A DNA stretch of 64,000 nucleotides from an uncultured delta proteobacterium (GCA_963745035.1 CAVUVW010000019.1:64001-128000); one strand, 5' to 3'; positions 51,975 to 62,071 are shown, counted from the stretch's first letter. The notes: generated by a model from the letters alone, not told the origin. Numbers and translations are program-made.

Positions 51975-53012
51975 CCCTAAATTCACAAACCAAGTGCAAC
52001 ACTTTCTGTATAAGGTGTTGCGATGGGACAACGGTATGAGCAACTTTCGCTTAAAGAACGGTGTACAGTATCCGGACTTAGCCAGGCCGGGAAAACAATG
52101 CGCCAAATCGCGGCAGCTATGGATCGCGCGCCATCGACTATAATGCGCGAGCTTAAACGCAACAGCGGCAATCAGGTGGGTTACCAGCCTTCCTACGCTG
52201 AGCAGCAAGCCAAGAGTCGACGTTGGCGAGGCAGTCGTCTGTTGCGCAAGCCTGATCTTCAAGAAAAAGTGCTCGAGGGCCTGAGCCAAGGGTGGTCGCC
52301 AGCACAAGTTGCCGGACGACTGAAAAAGGAGCAAAGAGCCACCGTGATCAGCTATGAATCGATCTATCGGTTTATCGACTCTCAGATCCGTCGTACCAAG
52401 GACTACCGCTGGCGGCTCTATCTTCCCCGAGCCAAAAGCAAGCGGGGTTGGCGTGGGCATAAAGGCGGCAGTCCGGTGGATCATATTCAGGACCGAGTAC
52501 CGATCGATCGCCGTCCGGCCTACATCCACAAGCGCCGCCAGGCCGGACACTGGGAAGGCGACCTGATGTTGTTCGCTCAATACGGTCAGGCGGTTCTGGT
52601 TACTCATGAAAGACGCTCCCGGTTGCTCCTGCTCAGCCGTCAACCCAACAAGGCGGCCGAGCCTGTGGCCAAAAAGCTCACCGATCTGTTGGGCTCTTTA
52701 CCCAAGCTCTTACGTCGGACCATCACCTTCGATAACGGCACTGAGTTCGCCTACCATTACCGACTCCATAAACTATCGATGCGCACCTTTTTCTGTGATC
52801 CGCATGCGCCATGGCAAAAAGGCGGCATTGAAAACGCCATCGGACGCTTGCGCCGAGGGCTGCCGAGGAAAACCGACTTGGCCACGTTATCTGAGGACCG
52901 TTTGCTCGGCCTGGTTCGATCCTACAATCACACTCCGAGAAAGTGTCTTAACTACAAAACTCCGGCAGAGGTCTTCTGCCATGAACTGTTGCACTTGAAA
53001 TGTGAATCCACC
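51975..53012 (+). mobile_element. IS30 family insertion sequence
   Basis: Imperfect terminal IRs of about 26 bp (..ATTCACAAACCAAGTGCAACA / TGTTGCACTTGAAATGTGAAT..); apparent 2-bp TT duplication. Confidence 0.88.
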
Positions 53013-53033
53013 TTCCCGCGTGCGCGGGAATGA
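52023..53033 (+). CDS. IS30 family DDE transposase
   Basis: HTH (IAAAMDRAPSTIMRELKRN), WSPAQV, GHWEGD, TITFDNGTEF, PWQKGGIEN, N.TPRKCL.YKTP. Confidence 0.95.
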   Translation: MGQRYEQLSLKERCTVSGLSQAGKTMRQIAAAMDRAPSTIMRELKRNSGNQVGYQPSYAEQQAKSRRWRGSRLLRKPDLQEKVLEGLSQGWSPAQVAGRLKKEQRATVISYESIYRFIDSQIRRTKDYRWRLYLPRAKSKRGWRGHKGGSPVDHIQDRVPIDRRPAYIHKRRQAGHWEGDLMLFAQYGQAVLVTHERRSRLLLLSRQPNKAAEPVAKKLTDLLGSLPKLLRRTITFDNGTEFAYHYRLHKLSMRTFFCDPHAPWQKGGIENAIGRLRRGLPRKTDLATLSEDRLLGLVRSYNHTPRKCLNYKTPAEVFCHELLHLKCESTFPRARE

Positions 53034-53124
53034 CGACTGGCGGGAGAGTCGTCCATGGAAACTCCCCATTTTCATTCTCTGTGCGCGAGCGTAAGATCAT
53101 TATTCACTTCGTGGTGAACTGCAT

Positions 53125-54171
53125 TTATTTCCGCGTGATCCCGAGCAAAAGTTTATCCCACTTCTCCAAATCCTTTTCGTACTGGTCCGTCGTCAAACCC
53201 CGCTCGGGACGCCATTTCTTGAATCCATAATCTTTCATGCCGCTGCCATAGTAGTATTTCTCCAACACCTGTTGGCCTGACGGGCTCAAAAGAAAATCCG
53301 CCATCAGCAGCGCAGCATGGGGGTGAGGCGGGTTGGCCGCGACCGCGGCGCTGCCGACATTCGTAGGAACCAGGTCCATCGGGACCCACTCCACCGGCGC
53401 GCCCTTCGATGCCGCGAGTAGCGTATGCGTCTGAAAAATTGCCGGCGACGCCACGATCTCGCCAGTCGTGATCGTGTTCACTAAAGCCGGCGCATCGATC
53501 GAATAGAGCTTGATCTCCTGCGCCTTGAGCTTGCGTACCATTTCTTCGCCTTTCGACTTGATTATGGCGCCGATAATTTTGTCGCTGGTTTGGCCGACGC
53601 TGATGCCCATCTTGCCTTTAAGCGCCGGATGAAAAAGGCCGTCGAAATTCTTCGGCACGGTATCTTTCGGCACGAGCGATTTGTTGTAGGTAAACCCGAT
53701 ATACGATTCACGCGCCAGCGCCCAGTAGACGAGATTTTTGTCGGCGCGTTCCTTGCCGTCTTCGGGATACTTGTCGAGATAGGGAGAATCGTAGGGGCGC
53801 AGCAGTTTGTCGTCGCGCAAGAAAATGAGGCTTCCTTCGGTGGTCTCGATCGTATCGGCAATATTGCGCCGCGCTTTGGCCTCTTCCTGCATACGTACAA
53901 CCAAGTCAGCTCCCTGAGCGCGGTAGGAATCCACTTTGATGCCGGGATATTTGGTCTCGAAGGCCTTGACCAGTTCCTTGTAGGAGTCGCCGGCGAGAGA
54001 GGTGTACCAAACAATCCTGCCTTCGGTCTTTGCGCCCGCATAAAGCAGCGCCTCTCTGTCGGCGCCGCGATAGGTGACCAGCTCAGCGATGGTCGACGGC
54101 TTGCGCGCTTGTCCCCATGCTACGTCTGAAAGAAAGAGAAGAGTAAAAATGAATAAACCTATTATCTTCAT
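53125..54171 (-). CDS. Extracellular solute-binding protein (AfuA/Fe3+-type)
   Basis: GAKTEGRIVWYTS, FETKYPGI, PHPHAALLMADF. Confidence 0.87.
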   Translation of the reverse strand: MKIIGLFIFTLLFLSDVAWGQARKPSTIAELVTYRGADREALLYAGAKTEGRIVWYTSLAGDSYKELVKAFETKYPGIKVDSYRAQGADLVVRMQEEAKARRNIADTIETTEGSLIFLRDDKLLRPYDSPYLDKYPEDGKERADKNLVYWALARESYIGFTYNKSLVPKDTVPKNFDGLFHPALKGKMGISVGQTSDKIIGAIIKSKGEEMVRKLKAQEIKLYSIDAPALVNTITTGEIVASPAIFQTHTLLAASKGAPVEWVPMDLVPTNVGSAAVAANPPHPHAALLMADFLLSPSGQQVLEKYYYGSGMKDYGFKKWRPERGLTTDQYEKDLEKWDKLLLGITRK

Positions 54172-54243
54172 TTCGTCGCCTCCTGCCCAAGGTTGGTGGA
54201 TCGTTATCTATCGTGAGTGCTCCACGGCATGCTCATCATGCCG

Positions 54244-55248
54244 TCACGGGCTCTTCCAAAAGATTTCCCGGTACAGTTTGTTGTGCTCCTCATAGCTGTC
54301 CGACAACGTCCAGTCGGCGGGAAAAAGTTTCAGCCCGCGGAGGTATTCCGGCTGAAACTTTGGAATGGCCGGCGGTTTGTCCATCGCGAGAATCTGCCGC
54401 TGGCCGTCATCCGAGGCGAGATAGTTCATGAACAGTCGCGCTGCTGCGGGATGCTTGGCTTCACGGGTGATCGCGGCGGAAACGAGAACAGTAATGTAGG
54501 GCTCCGCTCTGACCCACTCTATCGGTGCACCCTTGCTCTTGAGCTCCTCGGTCCGGGCGATGTCGCTGTACACGATGATGGGAAACTCTCCCGCGGTTAG
54601 CAGCACTGCCTGTTTGCTGTGGCCGTTAATCATAATCAGATCTTGTTGCGCGAGTTTCTTGAAGTAATCGGTTGCCTTCTGCCTTCCGGCATACTGCAAG
54701 TGCGCCTGGGTCACCAGATATTCCTCCCGCTCGAGGGAGATACGGCCCTTCCATTTTGGATGCAGCAGATCTTCGAAGGAGGTGGGCGCGTCGGCTTTCG
54801 ACACGAGCTTGGAGTTGTAGGTGATCGCGTACGGTACCAGGTAAAAGCCGATCCAGTAGCCCTGCTTGTCGATGAATCCCGGCGGAAAATTGCCGGCGCC
54901 TGGCGGCGTGTAGCTCGTGATGATGTTCTTTTTCATGAAGATTCGGTGCGTGTAGTTATTGATTAGAACAACGTCGGCACTGAGCTGGCGCGCCGACACC
55001 TCGCGGAGAATCTTCGACGTGAGCGCTTCGCCGGTGGTGCGGGAGTACTGCACTTTGAGAAATGGATAGCGACGCTTGAAAGGTTCGGCGAATTTGTCGA
55101 ACTGACCCGCCAGCGCCGTGCCGTAGAGGACGAGCTCGCGCTCGTTTTGCGCCTTGTTTGTGAGATCGTCCTGAGCGAGGACGAAGGGAGCGGTCGACGC
55201 CCAGATCAACATGAAAGATGTGACAACAAACGAAAAAACGAATTTCAT
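54244..55248 (-). CDS. Extracellular solute-binding protein (AfuA/Fe3+-type)
   Basis: LVLYGT, DLLHPKWKG, KHPAAARLFMNY. Confidence 0.87.
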   Translation of the reverse strand: MKFVFSFVVTSFMLIWASTAPFVLAQDDLTNKAQNERELVLYGTALAGQFDKFAEPFKRRYPFLKVQYSRTTGEALTSKILREVSARQLSADVVLINNYTHRIFMKKNIITSYTPPGAGNFPPGFIDKQGYWIGFYLVPYAITYNSKLVSKADAPTSFEDLLHPKWKGRISLEREEYLVTQAHLQYAGRQKATDYFKKLAQQDLIMINGHSKQAVLLTAGEFPIIVYSDIARTEELKSKGAPIEWVRAEPYITVLVSAAITREAKHPAAARLFMNYLASDDGQRQILAMDKPPAIPKFQPEYLRGLKLFPADWTLSDSYEEHNKLYREIFWKSP

Positions 55249-55477
55249 GAAGCCTCGCTTTCGTCGTGATTGCGCAGCAGCTAGCTCTTGGTCGCGCTTG
55301 CAATGACCTTGTTTCGGCTATAGTCCGATTGGCGTTCGGCTGTCAATGTTCTTGCAGCACGTTCGCTTCGGTGTGGAGTGCCGCCTACGCTTGGCGCGGT
55401 CGCGTCATTCATGCGATAGTGCGTGAGACGCCTGAAAACGGTTGTGGAAAATCAGCGCCGTTCCGTGGAGGAGCGAT

Positions 55478-56527
55478 ATGAAAACTCTATGTCTTGCGTT
55501 GTTCATGCTCGGGCTCATGGTTCCGTCGAGTTGGGGACAAACCAAAAAACCGAGAACCCTGGATGAGCTGGTGGCCTACACGGGCGCCGATCGTCATCAA
55601 ATACTGTTGGAGGGCGCCAAAGCCGAAGGCAAGTTCGTCTGGTATACCTCATTGTCCGCGGTCTATCGTGAAATGGTCGACGCCTTTAAAAGAAAATATC
55701 CAGATGTCGCGGTCGAAGTGTACCGCGGTGGCAGCACCGATCTCGGACCGCGTCTGCTCAATGAGGCGCAAGCGGGGCGACATGTGGCGGACGCATTGGA
55801 AAGCACTCCCGGCCTTCTGATGCTGCTGCGTGAGCGCGGGTTGCTCAAACCCTACACGTCGCCCGAACTTGGACGCTATCCTGAAAGTGCCAAAACCAAA
55901 GCCGACGGCGCGCGCATTTACTGGGTAACCGATCGGGAGGCGTATCTTGGTTTCGGCTACAACACTCGGTTGATCGCGCCGGCGGAGGTTCCAAAAAATT
56001 TCCAGGATCTAATGAAGCCTGAGCTCAAAGGCAAGCTCGCGGTCACGACCGAAAGCTCGACTAGCCGGGTGATCGGCACGATGATCAAGTACAAGGGCGA
56101 GGAATTCGTGAAGCGGATGCGCGCTCAGGAGATTCGCCTTTTCAAAGCGTCGAGCGCGGGTTTTCTCGATCTGATCGCCGCCGGTGAAGTTGCCGGCTCC
56201 TTCGTCGTTTTTCAAAACCAGGTCATCGTTAAAAAGGAGAAGAAGGCGCCGCTCGATTGGGTTCCGCTCGATGTCGTGCCGGCCAACGCCGGCGGCTCGG
56301 CGATCGTCGCCAATGCGCCGCATCCGCACGCCGCATTGCTGTTTACGGACTTCGTCATCGGCGCGGAAGGGCAGAAGCTGATGGAGCAGTTCCGCTACGG
56401 CGTGGCCTGGAAAGAGTATCCGTTCAAACGGGAGTATCCCGAACGCGGCATGACCAGCGCCGACTACGAAACAGCCGAGGATAAGTGGCTGCAGCTAACG
56501 CGGTCCATCACGAAGCGGCAAAACTAA
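55478..56527 (+). CDS. Extracellular solute-binding protein (AfuA-type), paralog of 53125-54171
   Basis: GGAGGAG RBS; GAKAEGKFVWYTS, APHPHAALLFTDF. Confidence 0.87.
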   Translation: MKTLCLALFMLGLMVPSSWGQTKKPRTLDELVAYTGADRHQILLEGAKAEGKFVWYTSLSAVYREMVDAFKRKYPDVAVEVYRGGSTDLGPRLLNEAQAGRHVADALESTPGLLMLLRERGLLKPYTSPELGRYPESAKTKADGARIYWVTDREAYLGFGYNTRLIAPAEVPKNFQDLMKPELKGKLAVTTESSTSRVIGTMIKYKGEEFVKRMRAQEIRLFKASSAGFLDLIAAGEVAGSFVVFQNQVIVKKEKKAPLDWVPLDVVPANAGGSAIVANAPHPHAALLFTDFVIGAEGQKLMEQFRYGVAWKEYPFKREYPERGMTSADYETAEDKWLQLTRSITKRQN

Positions 56528-56531
56528 AGAA

Positions 56532-56615
56532 TGGAGTACTGGAGTGTTGGAGTAATTGGAGTATTGGGTAGGGGATGGGCCCATCACTCCACGACTCCAA
56601 TACTCCATCACTCCA
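56532..56615. repeat. TGGAGTRN palindromic element (supplies stop codon of the convergent crotonase gene)
   Basis: Four forward and four inverted units; TCA at 56608 is the stop. Confidence 0.85.
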
Positions 56616-57498
56616 ATTTTATCTTCTTCGCTCTCGGTCCGAACGGTTCGGGCTGGAACGGTGCGTCGCGTTCTTTAAGAAAAGCTTCCAAGCCGCCTTT
56701 CTTTCTGGCTTCTTCCAACCGCTTGTTGAACTCTTCGCGCTTGGTAAGGCGCGCCATCGCCGCGAGCTCGCTGTTGAGCATCCAGGCTTTGCGCAGTCCC
56801 ATCATTTCAAGGCCTTGTGTGGAAATATGCAGGTTAATCTTTACCGTCTCCGGCGGCACGTGGGCGACGCGATCGACGAATTTGAAGCAGGTTTCCAATA
56901 ACTCCGCTTTCGGCACAACTTGGTTCACCAGACCAATACGCAGTGCTTCCTGTGCGTCGACGTGGTCGCCCGTGAGCGCGTAGCGCAGCGCGTTTTTGAA
57001 TCCGGCGAGGAGCACCCAGACAAAATCCGTGTTGGCGGCGTGTCGCACTTGGGGCTGGCCGAAGACCGCGTCGTCCGCTGCGATGGTCACGTGACAAGAT
57101 AGCGCCAGAGACGATCCCGCGCCGAGACACCAGCCGCTGATGGCGGCGATGATGGGCTTCGGATATTGCCAGCGATAGAGCTGACGGCCGAGAATGTCCT
57201 TGCGATCGGCGTCGCGAAATTTGTTATAGGCGGCGTTGAGCGAGCTGTTGACTGGTATACCGTAAGGCCAGGCCGTTTCCGAATCGTCGTCGCTGATGTC
57301 CTCGCCGACGGAAAAAGCTTCGCCGGCGCCGGTGATCACCACGGCCCGGATCTCGGGATCGCTTTCCGCCTCGGCCAGTGCCTGGTCGAGCTCATCCAAC
57401 ATCGCTTCGTTCATTGCATTGAGCTCTTTGGGCCGATTGAGAGTGATGAGCACGCCTTTGCGCTGTTTCTGATAGAGAATGTTTTTGTAGTCAGCCAT
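56608..57498 (-). CDS. Enoyl-CoA hydratase/isomerase (crotonase) family
   Basis: ITLNRPKELNA, TGAGEAFSVG, KPIIAAISG, FGQPQVRH. Confidence 0.9.
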   Translation of the reverse strand: MADYKNILYQKQRKGVLITLNRPKELNAMNEAMLDELDQALAEAESDPEIRAVVITGAGEAFSVGEDISDDDSETAWPYGIPVNSSLNAAYNKFRDADRKDILGRQLYRWQYPKPIIAAISGWCLGAGSSLALSCHVTIAADDAVFGQPQVRHAANTDFVWVLLAGFKNALRYALTGDHVDAQEALRIGLVNQVVPKAELLETCFKFVDRVAHVPPETVKINLHISTQGLEMMGLRKAWMLNSELAAMARLTKREEFNKRLEEARKKGGLEAFLKERDAPFQPEPFGPRAKKIKLE

Positions 57499-57518
57499 GT
57501 GTTGCTCCTAAAAATTGT

Positions 57519-57554
57519 TGGAGTGATGGAGTAATGGAGTGTTGGAGTGATGGG
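57519..57554 (+). repeat. TGGAGTRN tandem arm (half element)
   Basis: Four forward units, no inverted arm. Confidence 0.75.
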
Positions 57555-57604
57555 TAAGACCTCAGATGTTCCCAGTGTTTCACTGTTGCCTCGCGCCTCG
57601 TGCC

Positions 57605-58483
57605 TCACGCCTTCTTCTTCGCTCTCGGTCCGAACGGCTCCGGTTGGAACGGGCCGTCGCGCATCTGCAAATATTCGCGAATGCCTTTGTTTGCGCGCGC
57701 GTCGTCCAACGGTTTGCGCAATTCTTCGCGCAGCATGATGTGCGCCGGGGCGGACATCTGCTTATCGAAGGTCAGCGCATCGCGCAGGCCCATCATGTCG
57801 AGTCCCATGGTGGCGACCTGCAAGTTGATCTTCACCGTCTCCGGCGGCACGAGCGCGATGCGCTCGACGATCTTGAAACATTCGTCAAGCAATTGATCCG
57901 CCGGGACGACTTTGACAACCAGGCCGATGCGCAGTGCTTCCTTGGCGTCGATGTGGTCGCCGGTGAGTCCGTAGCGCAGCGCGTTTTTGTAGCCGCCGAG
58001 CAAGGTCCACATGAAGCTCGTGTTCGAGCCGTGGCGCACTTCGGGCTGCGCGAATACGGCATTGTCCGCGGCGAGCGTGATGTGGGTGAACAGCGACAGC
58101 CACGATCCGGCGCCCATGGCCCAGCCGTTGATCGCGCCGATGATCGGTTTGCCGAACTCCCACATGCGGCGAAAGTTGCGCGGATCGACGCGCCACGAGT
58201 CGATGACTTCGGCGGCGGTCTGCCCCGTGACGATTCCGTAGGGCCAGTGAATATCGCGGCGCCTTCCGGCTCGATTCCCCTGATCCATGCCGGCGGAGAA
58301 AGCGCGTCCTGCGCCGGTGAGCACGACCGCGCGCACCTCGCTGTCTTCCTCGGCGTCGTCCAAGGCTTCGTGCATTTCCTTGATCATGCTGCGGCTGATG
58401 GCGTTCATCGCCTCGGGGCGATTGAGCGTGATCAATGCGCCGCCGCGTTTTTTTTCGTACAGGATTTCTTTGAAATCGGCCAT
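57605..58483 (-). CDS. Enoyl-CoA hydratase/isomerase (crotonase) family
   Basis: ITLNRPEAMNA, AFSAGMD, FAQPEVRH. Confidence 0.9.
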   Translation of the reverse strand: MADFKEILYEKKRGGALITLNRPEAMNAISRSMIKEMHEALDDAEEDSEVRAVVLTGAGRAFSAGMDQGNRAGRRRDIHWPYGIVTGQTAAEVIDSWRVDPRNFRRMWEFGKPIIGAINGWAMGAGSWLSLFTHITLAADNAVFAQPEVRHGSNTSFMWTLLGGYKNALRYGLTGDHIDAKEALRIGLVVKVVPADQLLDECFKIVERIALVPPETVKINLQVATMGLDMMGLRDALTFDKQMSAPAHIMLREELRKPLDDARANKGIREYLQMRDGPFQPEPFGPRAKKKA

Positions 58484-58505
58484 TCAAAAACTCCTTCGTC
58501 GTTTG

Positions 58506-58626
58506 GTTCAAATCGTTCAAGCCGTTCAAATCGCTCAACCCCCTCCTGCATCCTCCCCCGCGACGCGGGGGAGGATAGAGGGGGCTTGAACGGAGCGTAG
58601 CGGTTGAACGGCTTGAACATTTGAAC
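58506..58626. repeat. GTTCAA/TTGAAC element with a CCCCCTC..GAGGGGG palindrome in its loop
   Basis: (GTTCAANNC)x3-4, CCCCCTCCTGCATCCTCCCCCGCGACGCGGGGGAGGATAGAGGGGG, (TTGAAC)x4. Confidence 0.8.
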
Positions 58627-59621
58627 TATTTTCTAGTTTTCCGCTCCTCTTCGAGTTGCTTTAGGAACGATAAATCCATTACCTCCGCGCCGTTGATATT
58701 CATCGTGGAGAGCATGCGGTCGCTGGCGATCATGTTTTCCATGGCTTTCACCGTAACAACCGGGAGTCCGGGCGTCACTTGCGAATACACGCGCCGAGTT
58801 TCTTCCAGTTCTTCGGTGTTGTTCGATCGATAGAACTCGCCCAGATACTTGTGCACCGCATCTTTGTTTTTCTCGTCGCGGTAGAAATCCATGCCGTCGG
58901 CCAGCCCGCGCATGAAATTCATCACAGTTTCGCGATCGCTTTTGATGAACGAGCGCGTCGTGACCGGACCGGCGACGACGTACTCGTAGTCGCTTTTGGA
59001 GAAGTCGACCCAGATCGGCAATCCCGCCTTGCGCGCGCGCAGGGTGATCGGCGGCTGAAAGACCGAGGCGTCGACGTGGCCACCGGCCAGCGCGGCCCAC
59101 CGTTCGCCTTGAGCGCCGATGCTAAGCAGGGTCACGTCTTTCTCATTGAGACCGAGCTGGCGCACGGCCAAACGGGCGATGAAATCGGTGCTCGCGCCCA
59201 ACTGGCTGATGGCGATTCTCTTTCCCTTGAGGTCGGCGGGCTTCTTGATATTCGAGTTGCTGACCAAGACATAGTCGAGTTTGTTGCCGGTGGCGCCGAG
59301 AACGACGAGATCCTTGGCGCCCTGAGCCCAGGCGAGGATAACGCCGGAGCTTCCCTGCTGAAGCATCGTCACATCGCGCGAGATCAGCGCTTGGACGGCT
59401 TCGCGCCCGCCGCGCATGAAGATCGGCAAGACTTTCACGCCGTACTTTTCAAAGGAGCCGGAGCGCTGCGCCACCCAGAAAAAACTGGTGGAGCCGCCGA
59501 GAGCGTAGGGCACGCGGATTTCCTTAAGGGGCTTGGATTGGGCGAATAGTTGACTTTGAGAAACCAGCGCAAACGCGAGAAGTAGCACAATTGAAACGAG
59601 AGATTTCCCTCGCTCAACCAA
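58626..59621 (-). CDS. NitT/TauT solute-binding protein (start uncertain)
   Basis: Signal peptide; FWVAQRSGSFEKYGV, DLKGKRIAISQLGAS. Confidence 0.83.
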   Translation of the reverse strand: MVERGKSLVSIVLLLAFALVSQSQLFAQSKPLKEIRVPYALGGSTSFFWVAQRSGSFEKYGVKVLPIFMRGGREAVQALISRDVTMLQQGSSGVILAWAQGAKDLVVLGATGNKLDYVLVSNSNIKKPADLKGKRIAISQLGASTDFIARLAVRQLGLNEKDVTLLSIGAQGERWAALAGGHVDASVFQPPITLRARKAGLPIWVDFSKSDYEYVVAGPVTTRSFIKSDRETVMNFMRGLADGMDFYRDEKNKDAVHKYLGEFYRSNNTEELEETRRVYSQVTPGLPVVTVKAMENMIASDRMLSTMNINGAEVMDLSFLKQLEEERKTRK

Positions 59622-59662
59622 TTTGGTAATGCCGCGAATCCGACGCGCATGAATTCCCGTGG

Positions 59663-59743
59663 CGTCATCCCGGTCAAGCGAAGCGCGAGCCGGGTTCCAG
59701 GCGAACTGATCTAACCTCGATTCCCGCCTTCGCGGGAATGACG
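59663..59743. repeat. CGTC-type REP pair
   Basis: CGTCATCCCGG..CCGGGTTCCAG and GATTCCCGCCTTCGCGGGAATGACG. Confidence 0.75.
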
Positions 59744-59800
59744 ACTCAGAAATCACATCGCGATGTTTGTGTGAGGGAGGCATACTTCTTTCACACGCTA

Positions 59801-61977
59801 TCATTGAATCTCCACGACTGCGTCCACCGCGATTGCGCCTTGGCCCTTCGGCAAGACAATCAGCGGATTGATATCGAGTCCAAGTAGTTGGTCGCCGAGA
59901 CTGGACACCAGCCGTGACAATCCCACGATCGCGCCGCACAATGCATCTACATCGGCCGGCGGCTTGCCGCGCAATCCCCCAAGAATCGCAAAGCCGCGCA
60001 ACCGCTTGACCATCTCGTCGTGCCTGTTCGGGTGAGAGCGGAGGAATGCCGATCGAAACGTCCTTGAGCAATTCGACCAGGATGCCGCCGAATCCGCAGA
60101 GAATAACCGGTCCGAACAGCGGGTCGCGCTTGACGCCGAGAATCATCTCGACGCCTTCATCGGCCATGCGCTGAACGAGCACGCCGTCAACCGTCGCGGC
60201 CGGCGCGCGACGGCTGACTTCAGTTCGAATGCGCTCGTAAGCCTCGCGTACTTCGTTTGAACTCCCCAGCCTCAGTGCAACGCCGCCGATATCGCTCTTG
60301 TGGGTGATATCGGCCGATTCGATCTTGAGCGCGACCGGAAAGCCCACTCGCCCGGCCGCAGCTGCTGCGTCATCCGCGCTGCGGGCCAGCACAGTCGCAG
60401 CCACCGGAATGGCGAATTCCTCGAACAGGTGGAAGGCTGCTTCGGCGGGAAGAACTCCCGGATTTAGTCTGTTTGTTCTTGCCGAAGCACTGGCTGCGGT
60501 TTTGTCGGCCTTTATGCTTTTCTGAAATTCGTAGTATTCGGCCAAATAGCGAATCGTCGCCGTCGCGCACTCGGCGCCTTCCATGAGCGGCACGCCGGCT
60601 GTCGCGCAGCGGCACGAGAATTTCGGGATCCACCGGACCGCCGACAATCGAGCTGAAGCAGGCGATGGGTTTTTTGCTGGACGCCGCCGCTTTCTCGATG
60701 GCTGCGGAAAAACGGTTGCCGCTCTTCAATTCTTTCGGCCTAGGGTCGTTGGCTTCGAGGTTGATGGTGACCACGTCAATATTGGCATCGTCGACCAGCG
60801 CCTGCAGCAGTCTGGGAAAAATCTTCTCGTCGTCGTACATGGCGCCGGTGCCGTCGAGCGGGTTATTCATATTGCCGAAGTCGGCGACGGCTTCCTGCAG
60901 TTGTGACTTCGTTGTTTCCGTCAGTTCAGGCACTTCGAGTCCAACATTGGATGCCGCGTCCGATACCAATGTGCACTCGCCGCCTGAGCCGCTGAGCACG
61001 CCGATGCGCCGGCCGCCTTTGTAGTACTTCGTGAAGCCTTCGCAGGAAAAAACGCTCACCGCGTCGATCAATTCGTTCAAGCTGCGCACCGGCACGACGC
61101 CAGTTTGGCGAAACGCCGCATCGATGACTTCCGCCGAGCCGGCCAATGAACCTGAATGAGTCGCTGCAGCGCGCTGCGAGACTTCGGACCGGCCGCCTTT
61201 GAGAATGATCAGAGGTTTCTTGCTTGCCGCGGCTTTGCGGGCAACTTCAAGCAACTTATGCGGTTGTTTGAATCCTTCGACGAACGCGGCGATAACTTTC
61301 GTGTTTTCGTCATCGACGAAGTAATTGAAGTATTCTTCGACCGTGGCGCCGGCCTGATTGCCGCAGGAGACGATATGGCTCAAACCGACGTGGCGGTTGA
61401 GCATCAACGCGTTGGCGATGGTCGTGCTCAATCCCCCGCTTTGGGAAACCAATGCGACGGGACCGGCAAGGAAACCGGCAGGAATAGTGGAGGCGAAAAG
61501 CGGCGCCTTGCCGAAAACATTCAACACGCCGTAGCAGTTCGGGCCGCAGATGAGAAAGCCGCGTTCCTTGGAAAGAGCTTCGAGCCGTGCTTGGCGCTGC
61601 TTGCCCTCTGCGCCAGTCTCAGCAAAGCCGGCGGAAAAAACGACGGCGGCGCGCACACCTGCATTCGCCGCGGAATCGAGCAGATCCGGCACATGGCGGT
61701 TGGGCACCGCCAGAACGACGCAATCGACCGGTTCCGGGATCGCCGCGATGTCGGGATAGCAGGGGCAATCCATGACTTCACTATACTTGGGATTTACCGT
61801 AATGATTCTGCCGGGATAGCCGAAGCTTTTTAAGTTTCGGATGACCCGGTTGCCGCGCGGCTCGCGGTTGAGCGGGGATGACCCACGCTGCGATGCGCCG
61901 ATGATCGCGACGGTCTTTGGGTTCATCAGCGGGGTGAGATCTCGCCAACTGCTTTGATCGACTACTTGTGTGCTCAT
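59801..61977 (-). CDS. ADP-forming acetate/acyl-CoA ligase family protein (frameshifts at about 60600 and 60015)
   Basis: VAIIGAS CoA-binding, GPNCYG, SQSGG, THSGSLAG phospho-His, NPLD, ATP-grasp HKSDIGGV, DINPLIV. Confidence 0.88.
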
Positions 61978-61989
61978 AGTGGGGCAAGT

Positions 61990-62071
61990 TGGAGTGATGG
62001 AGTAGTGGAGTACTGGAGTGATGGTCCGGAAAAGCCCAATACTCCTTTACTCCAGCACTCCATTACTCCAA
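61990..62071. repeat. TGGAGTRN palindromic element
   Basis: Four forward and four inverted units. Confidence 0.85.

Noticed and set aside
58626-60647. 673-aa ORF as an ATP-grasp/solute-binding protein fusion
   Set aside because: Artefact of two frameshifts in the acyl-CoA ligase; the joining segment is translated REP DNA and the ligase C-terminus is in ORF 59801-60013.
36041-62071. TGGAGT, GTTCAA and CACGAAG repeats as CRISPR arrays
   Set aside because: Units are 7-9 bp with no unique 30-40-bp spacers, are arranged as inverted arms, and no cas gene is present.
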